A stretch of DNA of 17,806 nucleotides from Promethearchaeota archaeon. GTDB taxonomy: Archaea; Asgardarchaeota; Lokiarchaeia; Sigyniarchaeales; SOKP01. Each line of letters starts with the position of its first letter. The stretch's first letter is position 1. The position numbers were made by a program, and so were the translations under genes. Positions 17,107 through 17,806 of this stretch are shown here, piece after piece. Where the stretch lies: NCBI GenBank assembly GCA_004524535.1, contig SDNY01000073.1:1-17806 (forward strand). The letters run 5' to 3'. The notes under the pieces were generated by a model. That model had not been told where the DNA came from. It did not search any database and worked only from the letters and a program-made list of their open reading frames with translations.

Positions 17107-17180
17107 AAATTCACCTAATAATAATATAAAACATAAATATTTAAACAAAAATTTAAAATAAAAGAGACCGTTAATTTTTT

Positions 17181-17220
17181 TGAATTTTATAGAAATTTAT
17201 AAGTTTTTATAAAAATTCAA
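17181..17220. repeat. Element end upstream of tnpB: inverted copy of the 10-bp repeat array
   Basis: Reverse complement TTGAATTTT-TATAAAAACT-TATAAATTTC-TATAAAATTC matches 15521.. TCGAATTATT-TATAAAAACT-TATAAAATTC-TATAAAA. Confidence 0.8.
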
Positions 17221-17327
17221 CCAACTGTTGGAATAATATTAAGCTTAGCAAACAGAGTTGATAAAACGTTAGCCAAGAAAAAAAAAATGCTTCGGACCTA
17301 GCAGAACAGTATGGTTATTTACCATAT

Positions 17328-17806
17328 ATGATAGAAAGATATATCGAATTCTTGGGTTTAGACGAAACTATAGAACTATTAAAAGCCAACGAACGCCCCT
17401 TAATCCCTTCTATTAGGATTAATACTTTAAAAATTAAAGTAAACGACTTAAAAAAAAGATTAGAAAACAAAGGTTTCGAATTAGAACCAATTGAATGGGT
17501 GCCTTACGGGTTTAAAGTTGTAAAAGAACCTTATAATTTGGGTTCTCTTCATGAATTTTTGCAAGGTTATTATTATTTACAAAATATTGCATCAATGCTA
17601 CCCCCTATTATTCTTGATCCTAAACCTGATGAGCTTATTGTCGATATGTGTGCCGCTCCTGGCAGTAAAGCAACCCAGCTAGGACAAATTATGAAAAATA
17701 AAGGAAAATTAATTTTAATTGAAAAAAATAAAAATAGAATTCCTGCTTTAGAACTTAATATTAGAAGAATGGGAATTACTAATTCAATAGTCGTAAATAT
17801 TGATGC
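17328..17806 (+). CDS. RsmB/NOP2/NSUN-family RNA m5C methyltransferase, 3'-partial (start uncertain)
   Basis: Manual translation gives MIERYIEFLG...SIRINTLK...GYYYLQNIASMLPPIILDPKPDELIVDMCAAPGSKATQL (SAM-binding motif I). Open to the window end. Confidence 0.92.
   Translation, partial: MIERYIEFLGLDETIELLKANERPLIPSIRINTLKIKVNDLKKRLENKGFELEPIEWVPYGFKVVKEPYNLGSLHEFLQGYYYLQNIASMLPPIILDPKPDELIVDMCAAPGSKATQLGQIMKNKGKLILIEKNKNRIPALELNIRRMGITNSIVVNID

Larger units (their letters stand above)
15518..17222 (-). mobile_element. Non-autonomous IS607-like element carrying only tnpB
   Basis: Inversely oriented arrays of 10-bp TATAAAA(A/T)(C/T)(T/C)-like repeats at both ends. GG dinucleotide at both borders on the minus strand (CC at 15518-19 and 17221-22). 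No tnpA. Confidence 0.75.

Noticed and set aside
14350-17161. Small overlapping ORFs 14350..14583, 14874..15218, 16098..16283 and 16919..17161
   Set aside because: Largely or wholly overlap well-supported genes and have no recognisable motifs; none resembles a TnpA.
15521-17220. CRISPR array / Cas12 interpretation of tnpB and nearby repeats
   Set aside because: The repeats are contiguous 10-mers without spacers, lie at both element ends in inverted orientation, and no cas genes are present.

Overview
AT-rich archaeal DNA, most likely an Asgard (Lokiarchaeia-type) chromosome. This is inferred from GGTGA-type SD motifs, Ig-like 'TWYSL/YANDTLGN' surface repeats and the gene set. In order: partial membrane-protein gene, MBL-fold hydrolase, MIT-like+TPR protein, small CxH/CxxC protein, a tandemly duplicated pair of giant membrane-anchored proteins each with two arylsulfotransferase-like propellers, a GMPP-like nucleotidyltransferase, a CYTH/CyaB protein, a non-autonomous IS607-like tnpB element, and a partial RsmB/NOP2 methyltransferase. 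The standout observation is in the MBL hydrolase. It is interrupted by a stop-containing 30-nt insert (253..282) that folds into a relaxed bulge-helix-bulge (BHB). Cleavage at the canonical EndA positions removes exactly 30 nt and restores the full reading frame, so this is a candidate tRNA-endonuclease-spliced intron in a protein-coding mRNA. All calls come from manual reading; no database searches were run.
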